From a virus, in the IMG/VR virus record IMGVR_UViG_3300027690_000096: a stretch of 64,000 nt of DNA; one strand, given 5' to 3'. How positions within the stretch are numbered: position 1 is the stretch's first letter; every line of letters begins with the position of its first letter. The notes beneath the pieces were generated by a model, which worked only from the letters and a program-made list of their open reading frames with translations, had not been told where the DNA came from and searched no databases. Positions 29,031 to 39,067 of this stretch are shown here, piece after piece. The position numbers and the translations under genes are program-made.

Positions 29031-29777
29031 TCATTGCAATATGTTTGCAAGCATCAGCCTGGCTTTAAGCTTGAAAGGTATCTTAACATTCTGTTCAATC
29101 TCTTCAAACCCTATCTCTTCTCTATTCCTTGCTTTCTCTGTTGCATGATATAGATACCACTCTGTTGTTTTTATGGTGTAACATTTAGGGGGTTCACCAT
29201 TAAGCCAGCCTACTGTTCCGTCACTGTTGACTCTGAGATAAGCTATCCTCTGTTCAGTATGAACGCAAAAATCCTCTCCTGCAAATGATTTAAGCGAAGA
29301 AGTGAGATATTTGTCACTATTAGCCAAAATCAAAGCATCTTCGATATCAACAATATTATCTGAAGTCTCTGAATCATCTAAATCTCCTGAATCTCCTGAA
29401 TCTTCTGTTGAATATCCGTCATTTACCTCTTGACTATTTCTTTCCTGATTTCTCTCTTGGTTCCTCTCTTGATTCTGTGCCTGATTCTGCTCATTATTCT
29501 GCTCTTGATTTCCTTCTAAGCCTGATCCTGAATTTACTATATCTTGTTGTTCTTTCTCTATCCCTTTATCGCTTACATGAAAGCCGAACAACGAGAACCC
29601 GAATGCGTAAGCATCAGCAGAAGCTCCTGCGATAGTTACAGCTAACATCAGTATTACAGCAGATATTTTACCAAGCAGGAGAAACATCTTACCTAATCTT
29701 TTCAGATTATTGTAAACCATGTTTTCATTCGTTTTATGCCTTTTGTTCAGTTTAATGCTTTTTTTCAGTTCAATCAC
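29031..29777 (-). CDS. Secreted/membrane protein with QERN low-complexity linker
   Basis: Hydrophobic N-terminal segment; NQER repeats; globular C-terminal part. Confidence 0.7.
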   Translation of the reverse strand: MIELKKSIKLNKRHKTNENMVYNNLKRLGKMFLLLGKISAVILMLAVTIAGASADAYAFGFSLFGFHVSDKGIEKEQQDIVNSGSGLEGNQEQNNEQNQAQNQERNQERNQERNSQEVNDGYSTEDSGDSGDLDDSETSDNIVDIEDALILANSDKYLTSSLKSFAGEDFCVHTEQRIAYLRVNSDGTVGWLNGEPPKCYTIKTTEWYLYHATEKARNREEIGFEEIEQNVKIPFKLKARLMLANILQ

Positions 29778-29818
29778 CTCAAATTATTTTCACTTATTTT
29801 GATATTTATTTGTAATAT

Positions 29819-32800
29819 TCACACAATCCTGAATATGCTTAATATCCAGAATCCAGCCATGCCAAGACCTGTAATCAAAGAAAGGACAGTCAGGTAAAAA
29901 ATAGATTTCTGTGTAAAAGTATCGTTATCAATCCTATCAACAAGGTCAGACGTGAAATCAAACAATTTGGCTTTTCGGATTGTGATGTTATATGGCTGTG
30001 AAACCGCCACGTTGTTTGAATAAACCTGAACAAAGCCGTCAATTTTACCTGTGTCATAAAACTCGTTCAGAAAAATATCATCGCTTAAGTTACCCATTGC
30101 AAATATGTATTTTTCTTCGCCTTCTTTGAAGTCAATCTTAGTATGGCAGTCACCAGTCCTAAGCTCACAGATAGCCCCAGAGAAATAAGGCTTTAGATTG
30201 TCGCTGAAAAATAAAGTAGCCTCTTTGATATCCCCGCCAATCGCCTTGATAACGACCTCCTTATAGAAATCGTCTGTGGGGAGATATGAAATAAGTCTTT
30301 CATGCCCTGGATAATAGAACTGAATATAAACAGACATGCTGTTCTGCTGAGTTATTATTTTTGTGATTGTATCGTTAAGCTCTTCTTCATCGAGGTCATA
30401 ATCACCGCTTCCTCCTCCACCACCACCGCTTGAATCTGTAGGTGGAGCAGAGGATATGACTGTATAATCAAAGCTGTTTGAATATGCAGGATAACCGTCA
30501 TTTGTCCCGTTATCGCAAACAAGCCTTATACTTCCGTCATATAACCCTATCGCTGGATTCACAATACTAAGGGTTACATCTACAGATGTGCCTTCTTCGA
30601 TAGAGAACTCTGTATATGATAGATAGCTGTCAAGACCATCTGAAGCGACAAAATTACATTCAGAAGCGTTATAAACTGTGTTTGATATTGTAATAACCCT
30701 TGTATTTGTTTCGGAATTATAAGTGTTAAGAAGCCATATTGTAGTAGGGGATATCGTAAGGACTGCCGAACTTGAAGATACCCTTATTGTGACTGGAAGA
30801 TTGAATGTTTGCCCGTCTATAATCCTTGTGAGAGTTATATTGAAAGTCTGAGAACCTGCCACATTACTGCTATTTAAAGTTACAGTTATAGATGCTTCTG
30901 TTGTATTGATTAAGGATAATGTTGTATTACTGTATGAAACTGCGGATATGAACGAGGCGTTATGATTATCTGTTATGTTGTATTCAAGCGTAGTGTTCTG
31001 GTCTTGTTGAAGACTAAGAGTGAATGTTGTATAGTTTTCTAGCTGAAGAGTATAGTTAAAGTATGCAAGCGAATCGACCTCAGTTGTAACATTTACATCC
31101 TGCACAAGAAAAGATGAATTAACCCAAGCTGTTGAGTTAGCAGTCCCGTCATTCCCGAGGATTGAAAAGGTTATATTCTCTCCGTAATTGTCAAAGTTTG
31201 CGAATGTCAAAGAGGTTCCGTTATACTGCCCTGAGCTGTTTAACACACCATCAACATACCATCTGTAATATGAAGTGTCATTGTCACTATCTGAATCTGT
31301 GAAAGTCCATGAGGCTGATGCAGTCTGTCCTAAGTAAGTATTAGAGAATGTTATCACTGATATTGTAGGATTTGAGTTGGATATGGTAATTGCTGAAGTG
31401 TTAAGATATGAGGAATATGCTGTTCCGTCGCCACAATAGAGTTCAGCTTTCCAGGAATCTCCTTTTTTTGTTATCGAATCTGATACATTGCAAACATTAG
31501 TATTTGTTCCGTTTAAGATAGTCATGCTCTGGATTGAACCATAAGCTGTTGTAGAATTGTATATTTGGCAATAAGAGGTTATGGTGTTGCCTTCATCAAT
31601 ATCTGTGCAAGTTAAATTGAATTGCAAGACATCAGTTGTATAAGCTGTCGCTGGATATGTAGCGTTTGCTGTGATAGTCGGTGCAATGTTTAAAGACAAC
31701 AGAAGTGCATCAAGCGATAATTTACCCCATACTGAAGCTGATATATTCAGATAATTTATTACTCCTGCAGTGAGTGACGATGAGAAATCTGATGTGGTTT
31801 CTGTTGATAACATATCTGATGGGGCATATAAATCGTTGGTAATTGCAAAAGTTCCTTTGTTTAAATTACCACCATCTCGATAAGCTACAATCAATCTACC
31901 ATCTGATAATTCTGTCATTGAAATATAATAAGTTGTTGCTGCATTAAAGACAGTTTCAACACAATTACCGCCTGAACTATTGCATATCGCAAACTCCCCA
32001 TAAAAAGAATTTTCTTCATCTTGATAAGCTACAGCCAATCTACCATCAGATAGTTCTGTCATTGATATTTCGTTGGTCAATGCAGTATTAAACACGCTTT
32101 CAACACAACTACCCCCTGAACTATTACATATAGCTAAAGTCCCATAACTCGAATTTCCACCATCAGTATAAGCCACTGCCAATCTACCATCAGATAATTC
32201 TAAAATTGAATTAAAAGTAGTGGATGCTGAATTAAATACGCTTTCTACGCAACCCCCTCCTGTGCTGTTACATATAGCTAACATTCCATAATTTGAATTT
32301 CCACCATCTTGATAAGCAACAGCTAATCTACCATCTGATAATTCTAATATTGAATTAAAAGTAGTGGATGCTGAATTAAATACGCTTTCAACACAACTTT
32401 CTCCTGAACTATTACAAATGGCAAAAGTCCCATAATATTCATTACCATTATCGGAATACGCAACAGCCAATCTACCATCAGATAATTCTACAATTGAATT
32501 ATGAAAAGTTCCTGCTAAATTAAACACATTTTCAACACAACTACCCCCTGAACTATTACATATAGCTAAAGTCCCATAACTCGAATTTCCACCATCAGTA
32601 TAAGCCACTGCCAATCTACCATCAGATAATTCTAAAATTGAATTAAAAGTAGTGGATGCTGAATTAAATACGCTTTCTACGCAACCCCCTCCTGTGCTGT
32701 TACATATAGCTAACATTCCATAATTTGAATTTCCACCATCTTGATAAGCAACAGCTAATCTACCATCTGATAATTCAGTCATTGATATATAATTACTTGC

Positions 32801-33121
32801 TGCCAAATTAAATATGCTTTCAACACTACTCGTAATGTGTTTATAACTCCAAATATGATTCCCAGCTATAGAAATTATAACTGAAGAAGGATATCCACTA
32901 TCGTTTATACCAGTTACATCCATTGTGGCAGAAAGAATCGTTGCAGAAAGAACGCCTGTATAATCTGTGAGATTTATCGCACATGTTGTAGAATCGTTAG
33001 ATGTTACATTGCATGAAGTCAGTCCGTTTGAGAATGTATTCAAGGTAATTGCAGATATTGGATTGATGAAAGTCACTCCGATTATTGCAATAAATGTTAA
33101 GATTAGTATTTGTTTGTTCAT
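29819..33121 (-). CDS. Large spike/adhesin-like surface protein with seven 48-aa repeats (putative 7-bladed beta-propeller)
   Basis: Signal peptide, 7 ELSDGRLxVAY repeats, many N-x-S/T sequons, Gly linker, C-terminal TM. Confidence 0.85.
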   Translation of the reverse strand: MNKQILILTFIAIIGVTFINPISAITLNTFSNGLTSCNVTSNDSTTCAINLTDYTGVLSATILSATMDVTGINDSGYPSSVIISIAGNHIWSYKHITSSVESIFNLAASNYISMTELSDGRLAVAYQDGGNSNYGMLAICNSTGGGCVESVFNSASTTFNSILELSDGRLAVAYTDGGNSSYGTLAICNSSGGSCVENVFNLAGTFHNSIVELSDGRLAVAYSDNGNEYYGTFAICNSSGESCVESVFNSASTTFNSILELSDGRLAVAYQDGGNSNYGMLAICNSTGGGCVESVFNSASTTFNSILELSDGRLAVAYTDGGNSSYGTLAICNSSGGSCVESVFNTALTNEISMTELSDGRLAVAYQDEENSFYGEFAICNSSGGNCVETVFNAATTYYISMTELSDGRLIVAYRDGGNLNKGTFAITNDLYAPSDMLSTETTSDFSSSLTAGVINYLNISASVWGKLSLDALLLSLNIAPTITANATYPATAYTTDVLQFNLTCTDIDEGNTITSYCQIYNSTTAYGSIQSMTILNGTNTNVCNVSDSITKKGDSWKAELYCGDGTAYSSYLNTSAITISNSNPTISVITFSNTYLGQTASASWTFTDSDSDNDTSYYRWYVDGVLNSSGQYNGTSLTFANFDNYGENITFSILGNDGTANSTAWVNSSFLVQDVNVTTEVDSLAYFNYTLQLENYTTFTLSLQQDQNTTLEYNITDNHNASFISAVSYSNTTLSLINTTEASITVTLNSSNVAGSQTFNITLTRIIDGQTFNLPVTIRVSSSSAVLTISPTTIWLLNTYNSETNTRVITISNTVYNASECNFVASDGLDSYLSYTEFSIEEGTSVDVTLSIVNPAIGLYDGSIRLVCDNGTNDGYPAYSNSFDYTVISSAPPTDSSGGGGGGSGDYDLDEEELNDTITKIITQQNSMSVYIQFYYPGHERLISYLPTDDFYKEVVIKAIGGDIKEATLFFSDNLKPYFSGAICELRTGDCHTKIDFKEGEEKYIFAMGNLSDDIFLNEFYDTGKIDGFVQVYSNNVAVSQPYNITIRKAKLFDFTSDLVDRIDNDTFTQKSIFYLTVLSLITGLGMAGFWILSIFRIV
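31830..32825 (-). repeat. 144-bp intragenic tandem repeat x7, including an exact duplication of about 246 bp (32099-32344 = 32531-32776)
   Basis: Direct sequence comparison; offset 432 = 3 x 144. Confidence 0.92.
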
Positions 33122-33160
33122 TATATCCTCCTTTGGTCGCCTTTAATATCCTTTGGTATT

Positions 33161-33634
33161 CTATCCATATCTTGATTTTAATCTCAGCCAGAACCCAGCT
33201 ATGAACGCCACGCCAATAGTCATAAACGGATATAAAACCCCCCCAGCGATTTTCTCGGAGAGTTCACGCCAGGTATAAAACTCAGCGAGGTTTTCATATT
33301 TATCGAAATCAAAGACTGTATGGGCTGTCATATATCCTTTTTGGACGCTGTCATTAATCTTGAGATTAAAATCAAGGCAAACGCTTTTCGCTCCTTTTCC
33401 GTGCATCACATGAAAGGCTTCTTCGGTAATTGTTGCAAACTGGATGATTCCAAACAAAGAGAGTATTATAAGAAAAATAAACTTGCTTTTTTTCAATGAG
33501 ATTATATTTCTATCATTTGGCTTCTTAATTTTTATTGGTTTCACTTTCTTCACGCTCACAAAAAATATTTGATTATTATCCATACTATTGCCCCTGCCGA
33601 TATAACCAAACCTATTGGGTTGGTAAACAGCCAA
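33161..33634 (-). CDS. Membrane protein, possibly a degenerate M50-like peptidase
   Basis: TM, then EEAFHVMHG, then second TM. Confidence 0.45.
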   Translation of the reverse strand: MAVYQPNRFGYIGRGNSMDNNQIFFVSVKKVKPIKIKKPNDRNIISLKKSKFIFLIILSLFGIIQFATITEEAFHVMHGKGAKSVCLDFNLKINDSVQKGYMTAHTVFDFDKYENLAEFYTWRELSEKIAGGVLYPFMTIGVAFIAGFWLRLKSRYG

Positions 33635-35373
33635 ATTGAGGCTTGAATCAAAAAAGGCATTAGGAGATATAGCGTTAAAAGTGTTATGAATATTAAAAAG
33701 ATTATTATAGTCAACGCTACATATTTCATTATTCCATCGCTGTGAATCGAGACTGAAGAAGAAGACAGCAAAGGAAACTTATTGACTATGAGCGAAACTA
33801 AGGTAGGAATATTATTAACATTCTTATCCTTAGTAGATGTAAGGTCTATTGATTCTCGTTCAGTTATTGGTTCAAGGATTGGTTCAGCAGATTCTAAGAC
33901 GGGTTCAACAGCTACATAGACGCAACTAAAGTTTAGGCATTGCATACCATCACAGCAATCGACTGAAAACACGCAAGAATCGCCTTCTGATATACATGAA
34001 CTGCCACCGCCTCCACCTCCACCGCTGCTTTCGCCTGATGAGGTTATCGGGCTTAATGTGTAATAATATAGATTGTAATCATATCCTGTTGAATAATTAG
34101 TGCTAGGTATGCTCAATTCAGCGTATGTAACACCATCTGTTGTAGTATGCGAGACTAAAGAAGAGGTTGTATTATCTGTTGCAGAAGAACCCCAAGTGGC
34201 AGTCTTACTCTCCCATTCGGTTATCGAGGTAAGGTCTATATTTTCTGTTATTATCTTGTTTGACAGATTGAAGTTTAAGAAATATGTCCTGTCAAGAGAC
34301 CAAAGGCGATATTCGCCAGACAAAACATAATCAGATATTGATTCTCCGCTCCAGTTTGATATGACTGCATCATAACTAAACCTATATTCCTGCGAGCTTG
34401 AAGAGTTTAAGACAGACAGATTAAACAAGATATGGGTATTATTATATGAAGAGTTCAAGTCAGGCCATAAAAGCCCGTCTTGTTTTTCAGCGAGAGTAGA
34501 CGAATCATAATAATCAAGACTTATTGCAAGCATTATCTCAGGAAGGTCAACAGACAAAGTATTATTCAACGTAAAAGCCTTGTATATATTATAACCAGTT
34601 CGGACTATGAAGGTATCTCCTGCAATCGTATAACTCAAATCCTCCTCGATGAAATCTGCTGAATATGAACCATTATGTGACGTAGTCCCGTTTGTGACAT
34701 TAATTATCCTGTAAGAATTTCCAGCATTTGCTCCGAAGGAAATGTCTGTAAAATTTCGCAATAGATTATTTGTTATGTTGAATTCACGCAAGAAATGTTG
34801 TAATTCAAGACTACTATATGATAAATTGTCTTGATAATATTCAGAGCCAGGCAAAGAAACCTCCACGCCTTTTTGTTTTGTTGTATTGATTCGAAAATGC
34901 GAATCCAATGCAGTCGGATAAAAACTGTTCGAAGAGTTTTGAGGCAATGTGATTGAGCCAGAGCATGAATTAATGGTGCTGTTGTATGCCAGACTCTTAT
35001 TGCCTGATTGAGTGTTAATGTAACAAGAAGATATGCCAAACACACCAGAGGTCACATCATAACTCGCATTATATGACTGATTGCCAGACAATAGAGAGGT
35101 CAAGTTTATTTCAACATTCTGTATCAATGAGGCGATTGAACCATTGATATATAACCCAGTCGCAGTCACGTTAACGCTTGACGCATTGAAAGCTGTAACG
35201 ACTGTATAAGTATTATTACTGCTTGTCGGATTAAAGATGACTCCATCGCCTACTTCGACAGCGTAAGTTGAAGACATTAATATTAAACTAAAAAAAAATA
35301 AGAAGCTGAAACTTAATAGGCTGGAATATCTACTGGAATATTTGCTGGTTTTATCATCTGTCTTTGGTTTCAT
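33556..35373 (-). CDS. Surface glycoprotein with Gly linker, Cys-rich knot and C-terminal TM anchors
   Basis: Signal peptide, N/S/T-rich, SSGGGGGGG, CISEGDSC..CC..C, terminal hydrophobic helices. Confidence 0.8.
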   Translation of the reverse strand: MKPKTDDKTSKYSSRYSSLLSFSFLFFFSLILMSSTYAVEVGDGVIFNPTSSNNTYTVVTAFNASSVNVTATGLYINGSIASLIQNVEINLTSLLSGNQSYNASYDVTSGVFGISSCYINTQSGNKSLAYNSTINSCSGSITLPQNSSNSFYPTALDSHFRINTTKQKGVEVSLPGSEYYQDNLSYSSLELQHFLREFNITNNLLRNFTDISFGANAGNSYRIINVTNGTTSHNGSYSADFIEEDLSYTIAGDTFIVRTGYNIYKAFTLNNTLSVDLPEIMLAISLDYYDSSTLAEKQDGLLWPDLNSSYNNTHILFNLSVLNSSSSQEYRFSYDAVISNWSGESISDYVLSGEYRLWSLDRTYFLNFNLSNKIITENIDLTSITEWESKTATWGSSATDNTTSSLVSHTTTDGVTYAELSIPSTNYSTGYDYNLYYYTLSPITSSGESSGGGGGGGSSCISEGDSCVFSVDCCDGMQCLNFSCVYVAVEPVLESAEPILEPITERESIDLTSTKDKNVNNIPTLVSLIVNKFPLLSSSSVSIHSDGIMKYVALTIIIFLIFITLLTLYLLMPFLIQASIWLFTNPIGLVISAGAIVWIIIKYFL

Positions 35374-35410
35374 GTTTAGGTTGATGTTGATTTTTTTTAC
35401 TGATTTTTCG

Positions 35411-36634
35411 TTAAGATTTTACTGCTGCAAGGCTGGCTCCGCTCATTATCCTGATTATATATCCTCCGTCAAAATCGTCAGGGATTTTATGTATTTCTTT
35501 TGCAGATATTGAAGCATTTATTGTCAATATTCCATCATCTCCGAACACGCTGAATATGTTTGGATATATGTTTGTATCTGTGCTGAGTGTGCAATTGTCG
35601 GAGATATTTATAGCCCAATCGCCAGAGCCTGAGTATGTGCATGTGTCAGTTATTGTTGTAATATTAAGTGCATCAAGCGATAATTCTCCCCAGACTGAAG
35701 CAGATATATTCAGATAATTTACAACTCCTGCCGTGAGTGAAGATGAAAAGTCTGATGTGGTTTCTGTTGATGAAAAAATTCCTGATTGATTCCAGATAAC
35801 CGAATCAGAGATTGAAATTGATGGTGAAGATGGATAAGTTTCATCTTGATACAATTTAAAATCAGCAATTGCACCAGTGCTACTTAAACCACCCGACACT
35901 TTCCATCCAGTTGATGGATGATTATAACCCATTAAATATTTATCTGTAGATTTATTTATTAAAATAGTATATCTAGCAAAAGAAGTAGTAGCAGTTTGAT
36001 TTATAAAATCGAAAAAGATTATATATTTTTTATCATCTGATATATAATATGTTGAATCAAAAGTAATATTTCTATACTCACCAGAACTTACAGACCCCCA
36101 AGATGATAAATTATAATCATTTGCAACTATAGTATAATTGGAAGAACAATTATCTACAGGATTATATCCACTTGTCGATAAAAAATCAATAATATCAGTT
36201 TCACATATTTTAATATCAACTACAAAATTTTCATTTTCTGGTTCTCCTACATCTTCACCCATTAATAATCCAATTTTAAATATATTACCTGTTGATGAAT
36301 TTGTAATTAATAAATAACCATCATAACCTAATGATACAGTATTATATCCACCACAAAATATTACTGGTAAACTTGTCCCATCTGGTTTTTCTGAAATAAA
36401 TGAATTATAAACTTCTACTATTGATGTTGCAATCCCACTAATATTCATGGTAGCAGAACTAACGCCTGTATAATCTGTAAGATTTATCGCACATGTTGTA
36501 GAATCGTTAGATGTTACATTGCATGATGTCAGTCCGTTTGTGAATGTTGTTAATGTATCCGCAAATATCGCGATAGATAAAGCTAATAAGAGAATAAAAA
36601 ATACATAAACCTTAATAATATTTCTGCTTAACAT
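35411..36634 (-). CDS. Secreted spike-like protein sharing a scaffold with 29819-33121
   Basis: Shared NGLTSCNVTSNDSTTCAINLTDYTGV and STETTSDFSSSLTAGVxNYLNISASVWG segments. Confidence 0.8.
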   Translation of the reverse strand: MLSRNIIKVYVFFILLLALSIAIFADTLTTFTNGLTSCNVTSNDSTTCAINLTDYTGVSSATMNISGIATSIVEVYNSFISEKPDGTSLPVIFCGGYNTVSLGYDGYLLITNSSTGNIFKIGLLMGEDVGEPENENFVVDIKICETDIIDFLSTSGYNPVDNCSSNYTIVANDYNLSSWGSVSSGEYRNITFDSTYYISDDKKYIIFFDFINQTATTSFARYTILINKSTDKYLMGYNHPSTGWKVSGGLSSTGAIADFKLYQDETYPSSPSISISDSVIWNQSGIFSSTETTSDFSSSLTAGVVNYLNISASVWGELSLDALNITTITDTCTYSGSGDWAINISDNCTLSTDTNIYPNIFSVFGDDGILTINASISAKEIHKIPDDFDGGYIIRIMSGASLAAVKS

Positions 36635-37827
36635 ATTGTATAAACACCTGTGCTATTAACTTTCTCATAACATCCGTTTCCAAAATATCTGACGTTCCCA
36701 TTTGTTTCGGTCTGATTGATAAACCCTGATAATGTTAGGCTTGTTCCTGTCGCTACCCCGAGAATTGGAGTGACTAAAGTGGGGCTTGTTGCAAAGACCC
36801 AAGCTCCTGTGCCAGTCTGGTTGCTTACCTTTGCTAATAGTGTTGCATAAGTCCAGTCCCATAATGTGTGATTGGTATTAGACCAAAGATAAGCTAAGTC
36901 CCAGTTTGTGCTGTCCTGAACCTTGCTCTTAGAAAGCGTTCCGTCTGCGAGGTCTGCAAGGTCTGCATCATAAGCCTGAACAGAAGAGCCTATATCAGAA
37001 TCATCAACAACATTATTCCCATTCTGATTTATAGTTACTGCACTCAAGAGATTTATGTTGGTGGCATTACGATTATTAAAGTTTAAATTATTCACAGCGC
37101 CTGAATATGGAACAAAATTTTCAACACTTACTGCTCCTACTGGCATGACCAGCCTAGTCTTACTTGCGCCTTGTATATATGCGTCTATATCTGGGCTTAC
37201 ACCCGTTCCAGTTACATAAGCATACCCTTTAACACGAATTCTGTTGGTTGTATCAATCATTGTTTCATTCAATAATATCCAAATCGAATAATCAGTTCTT
37301 GTTGTTGTAAGACCTGATGTATATTCTGAAGTTGCAAGCAGAGTCTCATTGCCTCCTGTTGAATTTGTTTTATATACCTCATAATAAAACTGCACAATCT
37401 TGCTTGATGATGATTTCTTTCCAGCAACATGAACCCTCATGTTTCCCTCTATGAGATTTATATTTGGCACACCAACATCGGTTATCCATTCGCCTAATAA
37501 TGTTGAGCCATCAGCTAAAGAAGTGCCTGATAATGTGACCTCTGTTGCATTATAAATAGAAGTAAGCGTTTTATTTCCAGGACATGATGAACAAGAGCTT
37601 GATTTATCAGCAAAATATAATATCAGCTCCCCTTGTTCTAATCCTGTCAGCTTTGAACCATCTCCATTAATATAAGTCGCATTCAATGTATCAACTCTTA
37701 TGTATGTGTCCTGAATGTTCGTGGTCACTGCAAACGCTGAATATGAAAATAACATCAAGAAAGAAATCAATGTTAGAATCATGACTGGTCTTTTTAGAAA
37801 CTTAAACTTTGTATTTTTATTTGTCAC
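36628..37827 (-). CDS. Secreted fibre-like protein with phage tail-fibre-type motifs
   Basis: GDGSKLTGL, QAYDADLADLADG, GTGAWVFATSPTLVTPILG. Confidence 0.65.
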   Translation of the reverse strand: MTNKNTKFKFLKRPVMILTLISFLMLFSYSAFAVTTNIQDTYIRVDTLNATYINGDGSKLTGLEQGELILYFADKSSSCSSCPGNKTLTSIYNATEVTLSGTSLADGSTLLGEWITDVGVPNINLIEGNMRVHVAGKKSSSSKIVQFYYEVYKTNSTGGNETLLATSEYTSGLTTTRTDYSIWILLNETMIDTTNRIRVKGYAYVTGTGVSPDIDAYIQGASKTRLVMPVGAVSVENFVPYSGAVNNLNFNNRNATNINLLSAVTINQNGNNVVDDSDIGSSVQAYDADLADLADGTLSKSKVQDSTNWDLAYLWSNTNHTLWDWTYATLLAKVSNQTGTGAWVFATSPTLVTPILGVATGTSLTLSGFINQTETNGNVRYFGNGCYEKVNSTGVYTIC

Positions 37828-37861
37828 TTATATCAAACCTCCTTTGGTTGTTTTTTTAATA

Positions 37862-39067
37862 TTAAGCGAATATGTCAGCTATGAAAAACTTCATCTTCAG
37901 CCATAATGCATCCCACCAGCTAAGGCTTGCTGTTGGTTTCGAGATACATTTTCCAGTATATTCGCATGTGTTAGATGATGTGCATTGGACATCTACGCCC
38001 GTGCAAGGGGCTTTAGGGCAGTCGGAATCTATTGTGCATTGTATTTTTCGAGGGTTGCATTCCCCTATATAAAAGCATCTGTTACCGAGGTTGTCAGGGT
38101 TCTTGCAGATGCCAGTTACACCGTCACAAGGAGCAGTGCAGTCAGCGTTTGAAAAACAGAAATTTCCGTATACAGGCTCACAAGTGCCATTTAGATATGA
38201 TGTGTAGCCAGAAGCTTCGGCAAAGCATTTGTTAGGGAATGTCACGCAAGAACTACCATCGCCTGAATTGACAGGCTCAAAGATTGTCCTGCAGAACACT
38301 CCTTCAGATTCTACATCATCGCAAACAAAGTTTTGGTTAGAATCAACACATGAACTGCCTTGTATGGAAACATCATCTTCATCGCAAACACCGTTTGAAT
38401 TTGCATCAGAACAAAGGAAAGACGTTGTTTCGTCGCATACCAAGTCTTCATCACGGTCAGCGCAATAATGAGAAGGGTTATCAATCTCAAATCCAAGACC
38501 ATAATCCAAGACGAAAAGTGAGTAAGCATTATCACATAGATTTGTCGAAAAAGTGTCCAGGCATACTGGCTGTGCATTAAAACAAAGGTTATCCTTCAGC
38601 ATCATCCCATCAGCGCATAGGCTGATTGCTTCTTCTCCAGACCTATAATCAATAGGGACTTCAATCTGTTCAACCCATTTATAAGATGTAGTTTCATATA
38701 CCTGTCTAAGGTCAACAAGGAATGTTACAACTGCATACCTGCTTCCTCTCGGAGGTATGAAAGTGATTGTTATATCGCCTTGATTGACATCTGTTATATC
38801 TTTGCATTCCTTGACAACAGCATCAGCTAATGAGTTACTGCCCTTCGGAACGACTACACCGCATGCATAAAGATATGAACATGAGCCAGATTCCCAGTTT
38901 GAATCAGTATTACAGCTTTTGTATTGATAATTTGATGCGTCAATCCGATATGTTTTTTGGAATGTGTCTTTTACTATGGTTGCAGAGCTTACACTTACAG
39001 CAGATATGATGAAGACAGACATCATGAGTATTAAGCAGGATAATATTTTTTGGTTAATTCTAAACAC
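37862..39067 (-). CDS. Secreted Cys-rich protein with Ca-binding-like DxDxDxxCD repeats
   Basis: CADRDEDLVCD, CSDANSNGVCD, CVDSNQNFVCD; aromatic C-terminal helix. Confidence 0.75.
   Translation of the reverse strand: MFRINQKILSCLILMMSVFIISAVSVSSATIVKDTFQKTYRIDASNYQYKSCNTDSNWESGSCSYLYACGVVVPKGSNSLADAVVKECKDITDVNQGDITITFIPPRGSRYAVVTFLVDLRQVYETTSYKWVEQIEVPIDYRSGEEAISLCADGMMLKDNLCFNAQPVCLDTFSTNLCDNAYSLFVLDYGLGFEIDNPSHYCADRDEDLVCDETTSFLCSDANSNGVCDEDDVSIQGSSCVDSNQNFVCDDVESEGVFCRTIFEPVNSGDGSSCVTFPNKCFAEASGYTSYLNGTCEPVYGNFCFSNADCTAPCDGVTGICKNPDNLGNRCFYIGECNPRKIQCTIDSDCPKAPCTGVDVQCTSSNTCEYTGKCISKPTASLSWWDALWLKMKFFIADIFA

Larger units (their letters stand above)
31703..36547 (-). repeat. Two dispersed repeat pairs: 32951-33037/36461-36547 (84/87 identical) and 31703-31808/35666-35771
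   Basis: Direct nucleotide comparison. Confidence 0.9.

Noticed and set aside
31703-36547. Diversity-generating retroelement (TR/VR pair) behind the repeated spike segments
   Set aside because: No reverse transcriptase is present, the mismatches are not confined to adenines, and both copies are in-frame parts of intact genes.
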